The notes: generated from the letters alone by a model not told the origin. 64,000 bases of DNA from Candidatus Hydrogenedentota bacterium (GCA_963674865.2 CAXXYE010000003.1:1-64000), one strand, 5' to 3'; positions 1 to 9,698 are shown, counted from the first letter of the stretch. Made by a program: numbers and translations.

Positions 1-574
1 GTCCCTGGGGGAAGTCGACGGTGACCTCCGCGTCGGGAGCCTCGGGACGCGGCTTCGCGGGGGCGAAATCGAGCCAGTCGAGAAAGACCTCGCCGCGCGC
101 CCGGCGATAGCGGCGAAGTCCGAGCAGGGCTTCGACGTGTCCCATTCGCTCCGATAGATACGCCGCCCTTCAGGTGGTAGAAAGGATAGCGGTACTCCTG
201 TGGGAATGCCTGGATTTGGGTGACGCCGCGCTCCGCGGACGTGCCGCTCGGCGGCGTCGAGCAGGCCCTGTCCCGCCGTGCGGCATCCCGGCGCATACCG
301 CAGAAACCGCAGGACGCCCTGGTCCTGGTCGCTTAACGGCCCGGGGCGGCCGATGGCGGCATCCACAAATCCAACCATCGCCTTCCCTTCCAGAGCGACG
401 AAGATCGCTCTTTCGCGAAGCGGGGCCGTCTTTGCGCCGTCCCCATCGGGGACGCCGTGACGGACGCCATATCCTTTTCCGCCACGGGATAGCAGTGGGG
501 CACGTCGCGCACGGCCTCGTTGTAGGCGGCGGTAAGTTCGGCGTTCAAAGCCGGCTCGTAAGGGAGGATTTCAT
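1..574 (-). pseudogene. GNAT-like acetyltransferase, broken by several frameshifts and running off the window
   Basis: Pieces in different frames join into one plausible protein: EILPYEPALNAELTAAYNEAVRDVPHCYPV / AIFVALEGKAMVGFVDAAIG...LRFLRYAPGCRTAGQGLLDAAERHVR / ERGVTQIQAFPQEYRYPFYHL / AYLSERMGHVEALLG. May be sequencing indels rather than a true pseudogene. Confidence 0.55.
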
Positions 575-736
575 ATCGTTTTCCCCACTCTTGATTCTGA
601 AATGGTAGCTCTTGGCCGGGGCTGGGGGCAATGGTGTGGAAGGCCGGACGGACTGGGCCTGTCCTTGAGCGCCACCTGCCTGCGTCAGATGGCCCGCCGG
701 ACTCTGGGGGCTCGTCAGCGATGTTGTGATGATTTA

Positions 737-2767
737 CTACCATGCCGTCGTCGCGTTCATCGCGATGGGTAGCGCAAGGGTCTGAAAGAGGGCCTTGATG
801 TCGCGTATGCCGCCGATGAAAAACCAGACGGTTGTCCCCGTGCCAATGATGAAGATGATGAAGACCTGACACCGCCAGTATACGGCCCAGGCGTCATCGG
901 AGACGTCATGCGTCAGGTTGTAGACGGTGCGAAGGCGAAGATGGCGAACCAGGTCAATGACCACAGCAGCTTGGCGTAGTAGATGCATTTGTCGGCGAAG
1001 GTGAATTCCTGGGTGGGCAGGCACGCGCGCAGGCCGCTGGCCGGTTTGGAGACGGCGGCGAGGCGGTCTCCCTTGAACGCGAAGCGGCCGCGATGGAGAA
1101 GGCGGTCCATATCGAACGGGGCCTTCTTCAGAACGAAGGCGCTGAAGAGCGAGCATGCGATGTAGGGCGATGATGGCGCTGATCATGGCGAAGAAGTTGA
1201 CCCACTGTCCATCGATGGGAAATTCCTCGGGGCCGACCTTCCAGTTGATGCCCGGCACGCGCCCGGCAATGCCTTCGAGGACGGACTTGAGGCCGTCGAG
1301 AAGATGCGGTGCCTCCGCGGCCATCCACGGGTAGAAATGCGCCGCCCAGACTTGCTGCAGGATGATGCCCCCCACGGCGATGACGGCGCCGACGATCAGG
1401 GCGGCCCACGCCCCGCCCGTGGTGCCGCGTTTCCAGTAGAGGCCCCCGATGATGACGGACCCGGCCCCGCCAAGCCAGATGGCGCCCGTGATGGCGAAGA
1501 ACATCAGGATGTAGTCGTTCTGCCGGAAGAGGAGGCTCCAGAAGAAGATGAAGACGGCTACGAAGGCGATGGACAGGCGCAGGAGAAGCAGGTGCTGTTT
1601 CACCGTGAAAGGCTTCTTGCGGAAGGGGAGGATGACATCCTGGACGAAGATGCTGCCCCAGGAGTGGAGGTAGGTGTCGTGGGTCGAGATAAAGGCCGCG
1701 AGCATAACGGCGCACAGCAAGCCGACGATGCCCACCGGGAGGGACTTGGCCAGCGCGACGGGAACGGTCATCTGCGTGCGTATGGCTTCATTGTCGATGC
1801 CGTCGAGCACGCGGTTGATCTCGGCCGTAACGTGCGCGTGGCCGGGGTGGTGCATGACCACATACGCGCCGATGGGCAGGAGGGTGATGACAAGCAACAA
1901 TACCAGGCCGCGCCATTCGCCGAGGATGCCGGCCATTTTGGCCTCGTGGGGCGTTTTGGGAGACCAGAAGTAGCCTTGGGAGCCTTGCCAGGCGCGGAAT
2001 CCATATACGGTGACGAAGGCGCTGATGAGGAAATAGAAGACGTTGAAGCCTTCGAGCTTGCTTGTGTGGAAAGGATGGAGCATGGAGGCGTCGGCCGGGG
2101 CCGTCTTGAGCGTGTCAACGATCGTGGCCCAATCGAAGATGCAGAAGATGGCGACGAGGATGGCCAGGAACACGACGTTGCAGAACATGCCCTGGAAGAA
2201 ATCGGTGATCATCACGGCGATCTGGCCGCCGAGGAACACGAAGAACAAGGAGATTATCAGCAGGAAGGCCATGACGGCGGCGAAGGTGGAGAGGCCGAGA
2301 TAGGGAACGGTTTCGGGCAAGCCGCAGAAATAGATGAAGAATCGTGCGCCGACGGCCGGAAAGATGCCGAAATTGACGATGCCGGAGATCCAAAGGATGA
2401 TTCCCGCGAAGATGCGCAGGGGTTTACTGTAACGGACCTCGAAGAACTGGGCCAGCGTGAGGACGCGTGTCTCTCGGTATCGGTAAGTCACCCATCCCGA
2501 TAGCGCCATGACGAGCCACAAGGGGGCCATCATAAGACCCCACCAGGCGGCGGTGAATCCCGCGCTGTAGTACATCTCGAACATCGCGACGACGGTGATG
2601 GCGCCCAGGCCCGCGATCCCCGATGAGATGCAGAGGAGGTACCGTCCGGCGGTTCGGTTGGCGGCGAGGAAGTCGGCGACGCTGATGACGTACCTGTTGG
2701 TATAGACGGCGGCGGCGAGGATGAAGGCGAGAAGTGCAAATGTAATCGACCAGTCGATCCAATGCAT
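737..2767 (-). CDS. Sodium:solute symporter (SSS family); 3' part frameshifted near 1165, 930 and 775
   Basis: Multi-TM protein starting MHWIDWS, with DFLAANRTAG, LTLAQFFEVRY and MLAAFISTHD motifs. Missing C-terminal TM segments continue in the 913..1110 frame and the tail in the 333..872 frame. Confidence 0.85.
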   Translation of the reverse strand: MHWIDWSITFALLAFILAAAVYTNRYVISVADFLAANRTAGRYLLCISSGIAGLGAITVVAMFEMYYSAGFTAAWWGLMMAPLWLVMALSGWVTYRYRETRVLTLAQFFEVRYSKPLRIFAGIILWISGIVNFGIFPAVGARFFIYFCGLPETVPYLGLSTFAAVMAFLLIISLFFVFLGGQIAVMITDFFQGMFCNVVFLAILVAIFCIFDWATIVDTLKTAPADASMLHPFHTSKLEGFNVFYFLISAFVTVYGFRAWQGSQGYFWSPKTPHEAKMAGILGEWRGLVLLLVITLLPIGAYVVMHHPGHAHVTAEINRVLDGIDNEAIRTQMTVPVALAKSLPVGIVGLLCAVMLAAFISTHDTYLHSWGSIFVQDVILPFRKKPFTVKQHLLLLRLSIAFVAVFIFFWSLLFRQNDYILMFFAITGAIWLGGAGSVIIGGLYWKRGTTGGAWAALIVGAVIAVGGIILQQVWAAHFYPWMAAEAPHLLDGLKSVLEGIAGRVPGINWKVGPEEFPIDGQWVNFFAMISAIIALHRMLALQRLRSEEGPVRYGPPSPSRPLRVQGRPPRRRLQTGQRPARVPAHPGIHLRRQMHLLRQAAVVIDLVRHLRLRTVYNLTHDVSDDAWAVYWRCQVFIIFIIGTGTTVWFFIGGIRDIKALFQTLALPIAMNATTAW

Positions 2768-2884
2768 ATTCACGCTATAGGATTCCTCCGAGGATGAAGA
2801 CACCGTACCAGATGCGGCGGCGTCCGTCAATGGGCGTAGGCCCGATGGCCGCTTATTCGGCACGAAGGCGTTCGGACTGACTCG

Positions 2885-3349
2885 TCAGCGTTTGATGTCT
2901 TTGGGGAGCCAGACTTGGACTTGTTTCGTCTGGCGGCCCCATTCGAGGGCCTGTTTGTGCTTCTTGAAGAAGAGGTCGATGTGGTCGCCTTTGATGGCGC
3001 CGCCGACGTCTTCGACCTTACCGTAGCCGTAGCCGGGGATGTACATGACGGTGCCGAAGGGATAGCGGGACGTGTCGGCGGCGATGGTGCCGACGTGGCC
3101 TTGCGTTCCGCTCGCGGTGACGCCGACCTTCTTGCGTTCACCCTTGTTGGGGCCGGTGGCGTAGACGGGGGCGCCGTACCAGTTGCGGCGCCAAGCGCAG
3201 CATTTCTTGCACTTGCAATAGCCGGTGGTTGTCATGGGCCGCACGGAGGAAGGGGGGCCTTTGACGGGGGCGCGCGTTATGCAGGCGGGCACGACGACGG
3301 CGAGGGCCGCCGCCAGCAGCGTCGCGCGTAGTGCATACTTCGTCAACAT
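2885..3349 (-). CDS. 3D (Asp-Asp-Asp) domain secreted/lipoprotein, MltA-related peptidoglycan enzyme family
   Basis: Signal peptide with Cys, then TTGYC...GVTASGT...TIAADTSRYPFGT...VEDVGGAIKGDHIDLF. Confidence 0.85.
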   Translation of the reverse strand: MLTKYALRATLLAAALAVVVPACITRAPVKGPPSSVRPMTTTGYCKCKKCCAWRRNWYGAPVYATGPNKGERKKVGVTASGTQGHVGTIAADTSRYPFGTVMYIPGYGYGKVEDVGGAIKGDHIDLFFKKHKQALEWGRQTKQVQVWLPKDIKR

Positions 3350-3368
3350 GTTGATGAGGCTCCTCGGC

Positions 3369-3428
3369 AAGAGCAGGGACAGACCCGTCTCGCTCCTAAT
3401 GTCGCTCGCTTGCGTCAGTCCCTCTCTT
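3369..3428. repeat. REP-like palindromic element, family A (GGGACAG...CAGTCCC)
   Basis: Similar to copies at 4142, 8036, 12149, 48585 and 58291. Confidence 0.7.
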
Positions 3429-3564
3429 AAACATGTTTATACCTTAGCGGATTCCTTCATGAATCCGGAAACGTGCCTGAGGCGGTCGAGGGCCCGCTCG
3501 ACGGCGGACGCGCAGGAGCGCATCCCTCCCTCAAGGACGCGCGGGAGCACGTCCCTCCCTGAAT

Positions 3565-4032
3565 CTATCCCGAGCCGGCCCGTTGGGTTTCCTGGTCGAA
3601 AACCTCCGCGAGCACGGCGTCGGCCTTCTTGATGAGCGGCTTGAGCACGGCGGCCAGGTCGGCGCCGGTTGATGCGGCGGCGTCGGGGCAGGCGTCTTCG
3701 AGGTCCTTGATTGCTTTTCGGAGTCTGTCACGCGCTTTGTTGGAGGCGTCGAGCTTGTTCGTGACGCCCCGCCCTTTGTCGTCCACGTCGGGCAGGAGTC
3801 CCACTTGGCGCAGGGGGTCTTCGGCGCGGCGCGCGATGAAGTAGGAGACGAATACGTCTTCCAGTCTCATCGCGACGGACGGGGATGGCTGGATGCCGCG
3901 TGAGCGCAGGTAGCGCCCCCATTGCCTGAGCAATCGAAAGAACAGGGGGCGTTCCTCCGCGGGGACGAGGCCGTTCCCCTCGTAGGGCCCCAGGACGTTC
4001 TCAATGAGATGAGTTTTCAGAGCGGCGTTCAT
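3565..4032 (-). CDS. Hypothetical helical protein, possible terminase small subunit (P27-like)
   Basis: 155 aa, divergent from the portal gene. The pattern LEDVFVSYFIARRAEDPLRQVGLL...LDASNKARDRLRKAIKDL resembles P27-type TerS helices (inference). Confidence 0.4.
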   Translation of the reverse strand: MNAALKTHLIENVLGPYEGNGLVPAEERPLFFRLLRQWGRYLRSRGIQPSPSVAMRLEDVFVSYFIARRAEDPLRQVGLLPDVDDKGRGVTNKLDASNKARDRLRKAIKDLEDACPDAAASTGADLAAVLKPLIKKADAVLAEVFDQETQRAGSG

Positions 4033-4141
4033 TGGTTCCTCCGTCTTGACGTTGGCCAGCCATTTCTCGGTCCAGAGCCACCAACAAAGTTGATGGCATG
4101 ACTCAAGCTACTGACGTCATGTTTCTGCCGGGAGAGGCGGT

Positions 4142-4213
4142 GCGAAAAGCAGGGACAGACACGTCTGTGTCCGCCGGGGGCGGACTCCGCTTGCGTCAGT
4201 CCCCGTTTTTCGC
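4142..4213. repeat. REP-like palindromic element, family A
   Basis: gcgaaaagcagggacagacacgtct...gtccgccgggggcggac...gcgtcagtccccgtttttcgc, nested inverted repeats. Confidence 0.75.
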
Positions 4214-4416
4214 TTCCGTTTGGCGCTTCTGCGTCCGCAGATAGGCGCCTTTAGTTGTGAGTCACTGTGAGAAGTGACCTCCCCCACCTTTTGGACCACT
4301 CCGTTGCAGTGCGAGCAGCGTTAAACGACTTCTGTGTAGTGACTTGAGCGCGAGTTCACTGCACCAAGGTGGGCTTAGTTGGTAGAGCGATGTGAAGGAG
4401 CAGAGAGGTTCTTGCC

Positions 4417-5670
4417 ATGGTGAACTGGCTGGGGAAGCTGATGGGCAAAGGCGGACAGCGCGCGGCAACCGAGACGCAGGCGGCCGGGTTCCGAACGGTC
4501 TCCATTGCGGAGGATGTAACGAAGTTCGGGAACGCGTTCAACGAATTCGTGCGGCTGCCCAATGAGACGCCGTTCTTCATGCTCGAAGTCTACCGGTTTC
4601 TCCGGGACGCGATCCCGGATATCTCGGACGCGGTGTGGACATGGAAGCGGCTGTGCCAGACGGGCTACGACATCGAGATCCTCGAACCTTCTTCCGAGGT
4701 GGCCAAGCGCCGGGCGGAACGCCTGCTTCGCGATCTGGACGCGCGGGTCAACAGCGGCGACCGGGGCATGGACGGCTTGCTGGATATTTTCCTGACTTCC
4801 CTCTTTACGTACGGGGCGGCCGCGCTCGAGATTGTGCTGACGCAGAGCCGTGAATCGGTCTTTGACGTGGTGCCGGTGGACGTTTGGACGCTGCGCTTCC
4901 GGCGCGAGAACGGCGGATTGCAGGCCTATCAATTGCACGAGGGGGACACGATCAAGTTGCCCATGGACCGTTTTGTCTACGTGGGGCTGGACCGCGACGG
5001 CACCAATCCGTATGGGCGTTCCATGCTGCGCTCGATCCCTTTTGTCGTGAAGATTCAGCAGCGGCTTCTCGAGGACATGGCGAAAGCCACCCACAACGCC
5101 GGCTGGGCAAAGCTTCACGTCAAATACACGCCTGAAGCGCGGCAGCGGGGCGAGTCCTCCGAGGCGCACGCGCAACGGGTCGAGGGAACGTTCAACCAGT
5201 TGCGCGAGCGGCTGAACGGCCTTGAGGCGGATCAGAACGTTGTGACCTATGACAACGTGAGCATGGACGTGGTCCGGGGGGATCAGAGTTCGCAGGTGTT
5301 TTACGCGAACCACAAGGCGATCGAGGAACAGGTCATCACGGGTATGCACCTGATGCCGATCCTGTTGGGGCGGAACTACGGTACCACGGAGACCTACGGG
5401 ACGGCGCAGTTCGAGATCATTAACCGCCACGTAGAGGCCGTGAACCGGAGCATCAAGCGCCTTCTCGAACGGCTGTACAACTTCGAGCTTGCCCTGATGT
5501 GGGGCGAGGCGCGTGCGCGGGTGAACATGCGGTCGAACCGCACGGTGGACGTGCTCAAGGAGGCCAACGCCCGGGGCCGGGAGATCGATAACGCGCTGAA
5601 GTTGCGTGACAACGGCTTTCTGGACCATGCGGGGGCCGCGTCGAGGTTGGGGATTGATATCAGGCAATAG
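4417..5670 (+). CDS. Phage portal protein
   Basis: 417 aa, first gene of the head operon. Portal-like motifs YRFLRDAIPDISDAV, SLFTYGAAALEIV and NPYGRSMLRSI, plus synteny with capsid genes. Confidence 0.8.
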   Translation: MVNWLGKLMGKGGQRAATETQAAGFRTVSIAEDVTKFGNAFNEFVRLPNETPFFMLEVYRFLRDAIPDISDAVWTWKRLCQTGYDIEILEPSSEVAKRRAERLLRDLDARVNSGDRGMDGLLDIFLTSLFTYGAAALEIVLTQSRESVFDVVPVDVWTLRFRRENGGLQAYQLHEGDTIKLPMDRFVYVGLDRDGTNPYGRSMLRSIPFVVKIQQRLLEDMAKATHNAGWAKLHVKYTPEARQRGESSEAHAQRVEGTFNQLRERLNGLEADQNVVTYDNVSMDVVRGDQSSQVFYANHKAIEEQVITGMHLMPILLGRNYGTTETYGTAQFEIINRHVEAVNRSIKRLLERLYNFELALMWGEARARVNMRSNRTVDVLKEANARGREIDNALKLRDNGFLDHAGAASRLGIDIRQ

Positions 5671-5716
5671 GTTTGCGGCCGCGCAGCGGGTGCGGCGGAA
5701 GGGGAGTGGGCAAGGT

Positions 5717-6406
5717 ATGGAATTGGAACCATTCGTTTTTCGACACGAGGGCGCGCTGGTAGGGATGCGCGCCGACGCCCAAGGGGATTCCGTGAAGGAG
5801 GCGGTGAATCGCTTCGCCTTGCGGCCCCTCGATGGCGACGAGTTTGTCGTCTTCACGCTGGACCTGTGCCACAACAAGATTGACCGGCACTTCAGCCGGT
5901 TTCCCGACGAGGAACTCGAAACGATCAGCACGCTCGTGCCTGGCCGGCCGTTGATGGAGCGGCACGACCTGCGCGGGTCGCTACCCCGGGGGACGTTCTT
6001 CCGCTCTCACCTGCACAGGAACGACGAGCGGGTCTCCGTGCGCCCGGACGTATACGTGTTGCGTACGCGGGACAACGAGGACTTCATCAAGAACATCGAG
6101 GGCGGCGTGTACCGTGAGACCTCGATTGGGTTCTCGTTCAAGCTGCCCGAATGCTCCGTGTGCGGCCGTGACTTGCGCACGTGCGACCACGTGCCGGGCC
6201 GGTCCTACGGCGATGTCCTTTGCCACTACATCATGCGGCACGTGCTGGAGGTGATCGAGGGGTCGGTCGTTCCGTCCGGGTCGCAAGGGACGGGGTTTGT
6301 GGCGCAGGAACGTGCGGAGCCGCTGCAGGCAGCACTTACCTCGGCGCGTCAGCTCTACCACGAGCCGATTGAACTCACGTCGAGGGGCCTCTGGGCGGAA
6401 GAGTAA
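5717..6406 (+). CDS. Prohead maturation protease-like protein
   Basis: Follows the portal. NKIDRHFSRF, GRPLMERH, IEGGVYRETSIGF, a CSVCG-x5-CDH metal motif and EGSVV are typical of phage head proteases. Confidence 0.7.
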   Translation: MELEPFVFRHEGALVGMRADAQGDSVKEAVNRFALRPLDGDEFVVFTLDLCHNKIDRHFSRFPDEELETISTLVPGRPLMERHDLRGSLPRGTFFRSHLHRNDERVSVRPDVYVLRTRDNEDFIKNIEGGVYRETSIGFSFKLPECSVCGRDLRTCDHVPGRSYGDVLCHYIMRHVLEVIEGSVVPSGSQGTGFVAQERAEPLQAALTSARQLYHEPIELTSRGLWAEE

Positions 6407-6417
6407 GGAGACGGCCC

Positions 6418-6612
6418 ATGAAAAGCGCATGTGACCCGTGCCCGTATGAACTGGCCTACAAGGTGCAGTTTGAGGGGCTGAACAAGGATCTGACGGAACT
6501 CAATGAGCGGGTGCGGCGGCTGGAGTCGACTTTGGCGCGCGGCATCATGCTTTTGGTTGCGAACCTGGTGGGCGTGAGCGTGACGCTGGCGCAGCAGGTG
6601 TTTCTGTCGTGA
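6418..6612 (+). CDS. Small coiled-coil plus C-terminal TM protein (XhlA/holin-like)
   Basis: 64 aa with a taaggag RBS. Heptad LNKDLTELNERVRRLE is followed by a hydrophobic helix. Confidence 0.55.
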   Translation: MKSACDPCPYELAYKVQFEGLNKDLTELNERVRRLESTLARGIMLLVANLVGVSVTLAQQVFLS

Positions 6613-6627
6613 GCGCTTGTGAAGTGC

Positions 6628-6684
6628 GGGAAAGGGGACACGTAGTCGCGCCGGGGACGGCGCTTGGAACATGTCCCCTTTCCC
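6628..6684. repeat. REP-like palindromic element, family B (AAAGGGGACAC...ATGTCCCCTTT)
   Basis: Near-identical copy at 7873..7930 and a partial reverse copy near 48394..48444. Confidence 0.75.
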
Positions 6685-6730
6685 TCGGCATTTTCTCACA
6701 GGCTCTGGACGCTACGAGGAGGTAATCGAC

Positions 6731-7432
6731 GTGTTTTGGAAGGTGATTTGCGAGGAAATGCCCGTAACGTCCGAGGTGCGCGACCACAAGCCGGCAGGGC
6801 GGTTCGTTTTGCACAGGCACCACGATTCCGGCGGCGTGCACCTTGACCTGCGGCTCGAACAGGACGGGTACCTGTTGGGCTGGCGGATAGACGGGGCGTC
6901 GTTGGCGGGTGAGCCGTGGGCGACGGAGAAACCGCCCCATCCGATTCGCTGGCTGACCCAGGATGGCGACGCCGTGCGCGACGACGGGGGAACGTACGCG
7001 TGGGTGGAGCGGAGTGCGGACCGCCGCGTACTCGAATTGATGGGCCAGGGCGGCGTCGAACGGCTGCGTCTGGAGCGGGTTCCCGGGCCTTCATGCCACG
7101 CGGCGCGCGCCATAAGCGACGCGCTCGCGGCGTGTGACGTCGCCCCAGAGGAAGCGGCGGGCCTGATCGCGGACGGCGTGACGGCGCGCCGGAGGGCCGT
7201 GGCCCGCCTGCTTGGTCTTGGGCGTGAGTTGGATGGGAGCGGGTTCGACGAGGTGGTCTGGCGCAAGACGTTAAGCGACTTGACGCTGGACGAGATTCAT
7301 TCGCAGTTGCGCTCGTTTGAGCAGCGCTTTGACAAGTTGCACCCGCCGCAGCCGGTGTCCAAGCCGGAGAGCCTGCACGATGACGGCGGGGAGGGCCGGC
7401 GCTCGGCGGCGATGGCTATCGCGCGGGAGTAG
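6731..7432 (+). CDS. LigD 3'-phosphoesterase-like N-domain fused to a helical scaffold-like C-domain
   Basis: GTG start after a gaggaggt RBS. GRFVLHRHHDSGGVHLDLRLEQDGYLLGWRI matches the LigD PE signature (FVxxxH...HxDxRLE..G.L.SW). The gene occupies the scaffold position. Confidence 0.55.
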   Translation: MFWKVICEEMPVTSEVRDHKPAGRFVLHRHHDSGGVHLDLRLEQDGYLLGWRIDGASLAGEPWATEKPPHPIRWLTQDGDAVRDDGGTYAWVERSADRRVLELMGQGGVERLRLERVPGPSCHAARAISDALAACDVAPEEAAGLIADGVTARRRAVARLLGLGRELDGSGFDEVVWRKTLSDLTLDEIHSQLRSFEQRFDKLHPPQPVSKPESLHDDGGEGRRSAAMAIARE

Positions 7433-7473
7433 GGCCGGCGGGCTTAACCGATGAACGAAGGAGGATGATACCG

Positions 7474-7854
7474 ATGGCATATGGAGATGTTGGGGGAGCG
7501 GTTACGGAACTGGTGATTACGTGCCAGACGCCTGCTTCCGGTGACGTGAGCATCGCCAAGGGCGATGCGTTGAAACTGGCGGGCGGCTACATCGTCGATA
7601 ACGCTACCGACGCGGAGGACGTGGTATTCGGCCAGGCATTGGTGGCTACCGACGAGAACAGCGCGCCCATTCCGGTGAAGGTGCGGGGGATCTGCATCTT
7701 CTCTTACACGGGGGACGCGCCGACGGTTGACGGGGAAGCGGGCGTGCTGGCCTCGGCGACGGACGGGAAGGTGAAGGCGCCGGCGTCGGGGAACGGCGTC
7801 GGGATCAACGTGAAAGTGGACACGTCGACCCCTGAGGTCCACGTGTTGCTCTAG
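7474..7854 (+). CDS. Capsid decoration/cement protein (DUF2190-like)
   Basis: About 126 aa, beta-rich (IAKGDALKL, VFGQA, VKVRGI), directly upstream of the capsid gene. Confidence 0.65.
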   Translation: MAYGDVGGAVTELVITCQTPASGDVSIAKGDALKLAGGYIVDNATDAEDVVFGQALVATDENSAPIPVKVRGICIFSYTGDAPTVDGEAGVLASATDGKVKAPASGNGVGINVKVDTSTPEVHVLL

Positions 7855-7872
7855 CGGCAGAACTCACGCTGC

Positions 7873-7930
7873 GGAAAAGGGGGACACGTAGTCGCGCCGG
7901 AGACGGCGCTTGGAACATGTCCCCTTTTCC
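7873..7930. repeat. REP-like element, family B
   Basis: Near-identical to 6628..6684. Confidence 0.75.
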
Positions 7931-8035
7931 TCCGGTCTTGCGCCGGCCAATGAGGCCGGGACTGTTGCGCGCTATGAAGGCCGCAAGACTTAGGTCTACC
8001 GGCGGGACTCATGTTAGTGACGATCTATTGCTGCC

Positions 8036-8105
8036 GCGAAAAGCGGGGACAGACACGTCTCGTCCACCTGAGGCGGACTCGCTTGTGTCAGTCCCTGTCT
8101 TTCGC
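8036..8105. repeat. REP-like element, family A
   Basis: Similar to 4142..4213. Confidence 0.75.
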
Positions 8106-8133
8106 TTTCTTTGACTAGGAGGTAAGAGAAGAC

Positions 8134-9183
8134 ATGGCCTATCGAGAGGATACCGTGAAGGAGCGCTTGACGTTCCTCAGCCAAGAGCCGGCCGGGCTGC
8201 GCACGATTCGTGGGCACGCGCTGTATGACCGGCTCCAGTCGCTCGGATTGACGCATTCGCAGTTCTTCCGGGCGTTGGGCACGAATGTGCAGGATTACTG
8301 CGCGGAAGAGTTCGGGATCGACCTGAACCGAATCACCGTGGATCGGTTTTTCCAGTCGGACCCGAACGCGAAGTGGTTGTTCCCGGACCTGGTCCGGGAT
8401 GCCGTGGTCACCGGGATGACGCGGAAGCCCGTGTATCCGGAGCTGATCATCCGCGACGAACGAATCGAAAGCACGGCGTACGACGTGCCGTACGTGACGG
8501 AGTCCGCCGCCGAAGAGGAACTGCGGAGCGTGGCGGAAGGCGCGGCGATTCCGGAGTCGGAGATCACGTACGGCGACCGCATCGTGAAGCTGGACAAGAA
8601 GGGGCGGGGCGTAATCGCTTCGTACGAGGTGATTCGCCGGATGTCCGTGGACATGTTGCGCGTGCATCTGCGCCGCATCGGCGAGCGGCTCGGGCGCAAC
8701 CTCGACGCGCGTCTGGCGAGCGTCCTTGTTGACGGGGACTCGTCCGGGAGCGGCACGGCGGCCGTTACCGTGGACACGGCGACGGCCTCGACGTGGACCT
8801 ATGCGGACATCGTGAACGGCTTCATGAAGCTCACGTTGGACCACTACTTCACGCCGACGCACATGCTGGCCAACGCGGACCTGTGCAAAGCGATCCTCGG
8901 TCTCGACGACTTCAAGGAAGCGGCGCTGTTCGACTTCGCGAAGACGGGCAACCTGCCCACGCCCCTTGGCGTGCGGCTGATCCCGATGTCCGACCAGCCG
9001 GCGGACAAGTTGACCATTCTCGACGCCGGATACGCGGTGCAGAAGCTCACCGAGCAGGACCTCCTGGTGGAGAGCGACAAGCTCATCAACCAGCAGTGGG
9101 ACCGCACGTATCTGACGGTCGTGACGGATTTCGCGATCATCTATGACAAGGCGCGGGTGGTCGTGCAGAGCGACTGGTCGTAG
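8134..9183 (+). CDS. Major capsid protein (HK97 fold)
   Basis: 349 aa with a strong aggaggt RBS. E-loop VAEGAAIPESEI...VKLDKKGRGVIASYEVIRRMSVDML...IGERLGRNLD spine helix. Confidence 0.9.
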   Translation: MAYREDTVKERLTFLSQEPAGLRTIRGHALYDRLQSLGLTHSQFFRALGTNVQDYCAEEFGIDLNRITVDRFFQSDPNAKWLFPDLVRDAVVTGMTRKPVYPELIIRDERIESTAYDVPYVTESAAEEELRSVAEGAAIPESEITYGDRIVKLDKKGRGVIASYEVIRRMSVDMLRVHLRRIGERLGRNLDARLASVLVDGDSSGSGTAAVTVDTATASTWTYADIVNGFMKLTLDHYFTPTHMLANADLCKAILGLDDFKEAALFDFAKTGNLPTPLGVRLIPMSDQPADKLTILDAGYAVQKLTEQDLLVESDKLINQQWDRTYLTVVTDFAIIYDKARVVVQSDWS

Positions 9184-9193
9184 CTTTGGTTCT

Positions 9194-9226
9194 CGGGCCG
9201 GGGCGCTTGGTGTGCGCCCCGGCCCG
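9194..9226 (+). terminator. GC-rich hairpin after the capsid gene (terminator or mRNA stabiliser)
   Basis: cgggccggggcgc-ttggtgt-gcgccccggcccg, 13-bp stem, no U-tract. Confidence 0.5.
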
Positions 9227-9261
9227 GTGGCGTTACTCGGCGAATGGGAAGGATTGGGGTC

Positions 9262-9675
9262 ATGGCGAACTTCGCAACGGAATCGGCCGTGCGGCTCAAG
9301 TTTCAGCTTGAGGATACGGCCTCAGCGTCGTCGGAACTGATTGAAGCGGCAATAGGCGACGCCCACACGGAGATACTTCGGTTTCTTGACCCGGAGGTCG
9401 ATACCGTGTCGCCCGAAGACGGGCTTGTTCTTGGCGAGACCCTGTTGGCGGGGGCGCACGTATTCCGTTCGCTGGCCGCTCAGGACGCGCACCGGCAGAA
9501 GCACGTGACGGTGGGTCAGCAGCGCATCGAGGAGGGCAGCCGTTTCGACGCGCTGACGTTGCTTGTCACGACGCTCGAAGCGCAGGCGTGGTACGTGCTG
9601 GAGCCTTACGTGAAGGGCTGTTCGGCGCGGAAGGTCGGCGAGGCAACGGACACCGTGGCGGTATTGGGTCTATGA
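9262..9675 (+). CDS. Head-tail connector/adaptor-like protein
   Basis: Helical ~137 aa protein after the capsid, starting FATESAVRLKF...LIEAAIGDAHTEI. Confidence 0.6.
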   Translation: MANFATESAVRLKFQLEDTASASSELIEAAIGDAHTEILRFLDPEVDTVSPEDGLVLGETLLAGAHVFRSLAAQDAHRQKHVTVGQQRIEEGSRFDALTLLVTTLEAQAWYVLEPYVKGCSARKVGEATDTVAVLGL

Positions 9676-9698
9676 CGGCGGGCGAGGAGGGGTGAGAG

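Noticed and set aside
4373..4389. GCTTAGTTGGTAGAGCG upstream of the portal resembles a tRNA D-arm (possible tRNA or att relic)
   Set aside because: No pairing anticodon, T or acceptor stems can be built, and no second copy was seen at the other end of the cluster.
6671..6730. ORF starts MSPFP at 6671 and 7917
   Set aside because: These ATGs lie inside family B repeats. The GTG at 6731 has a strong RBS, and the 7917 ORF is spurious.
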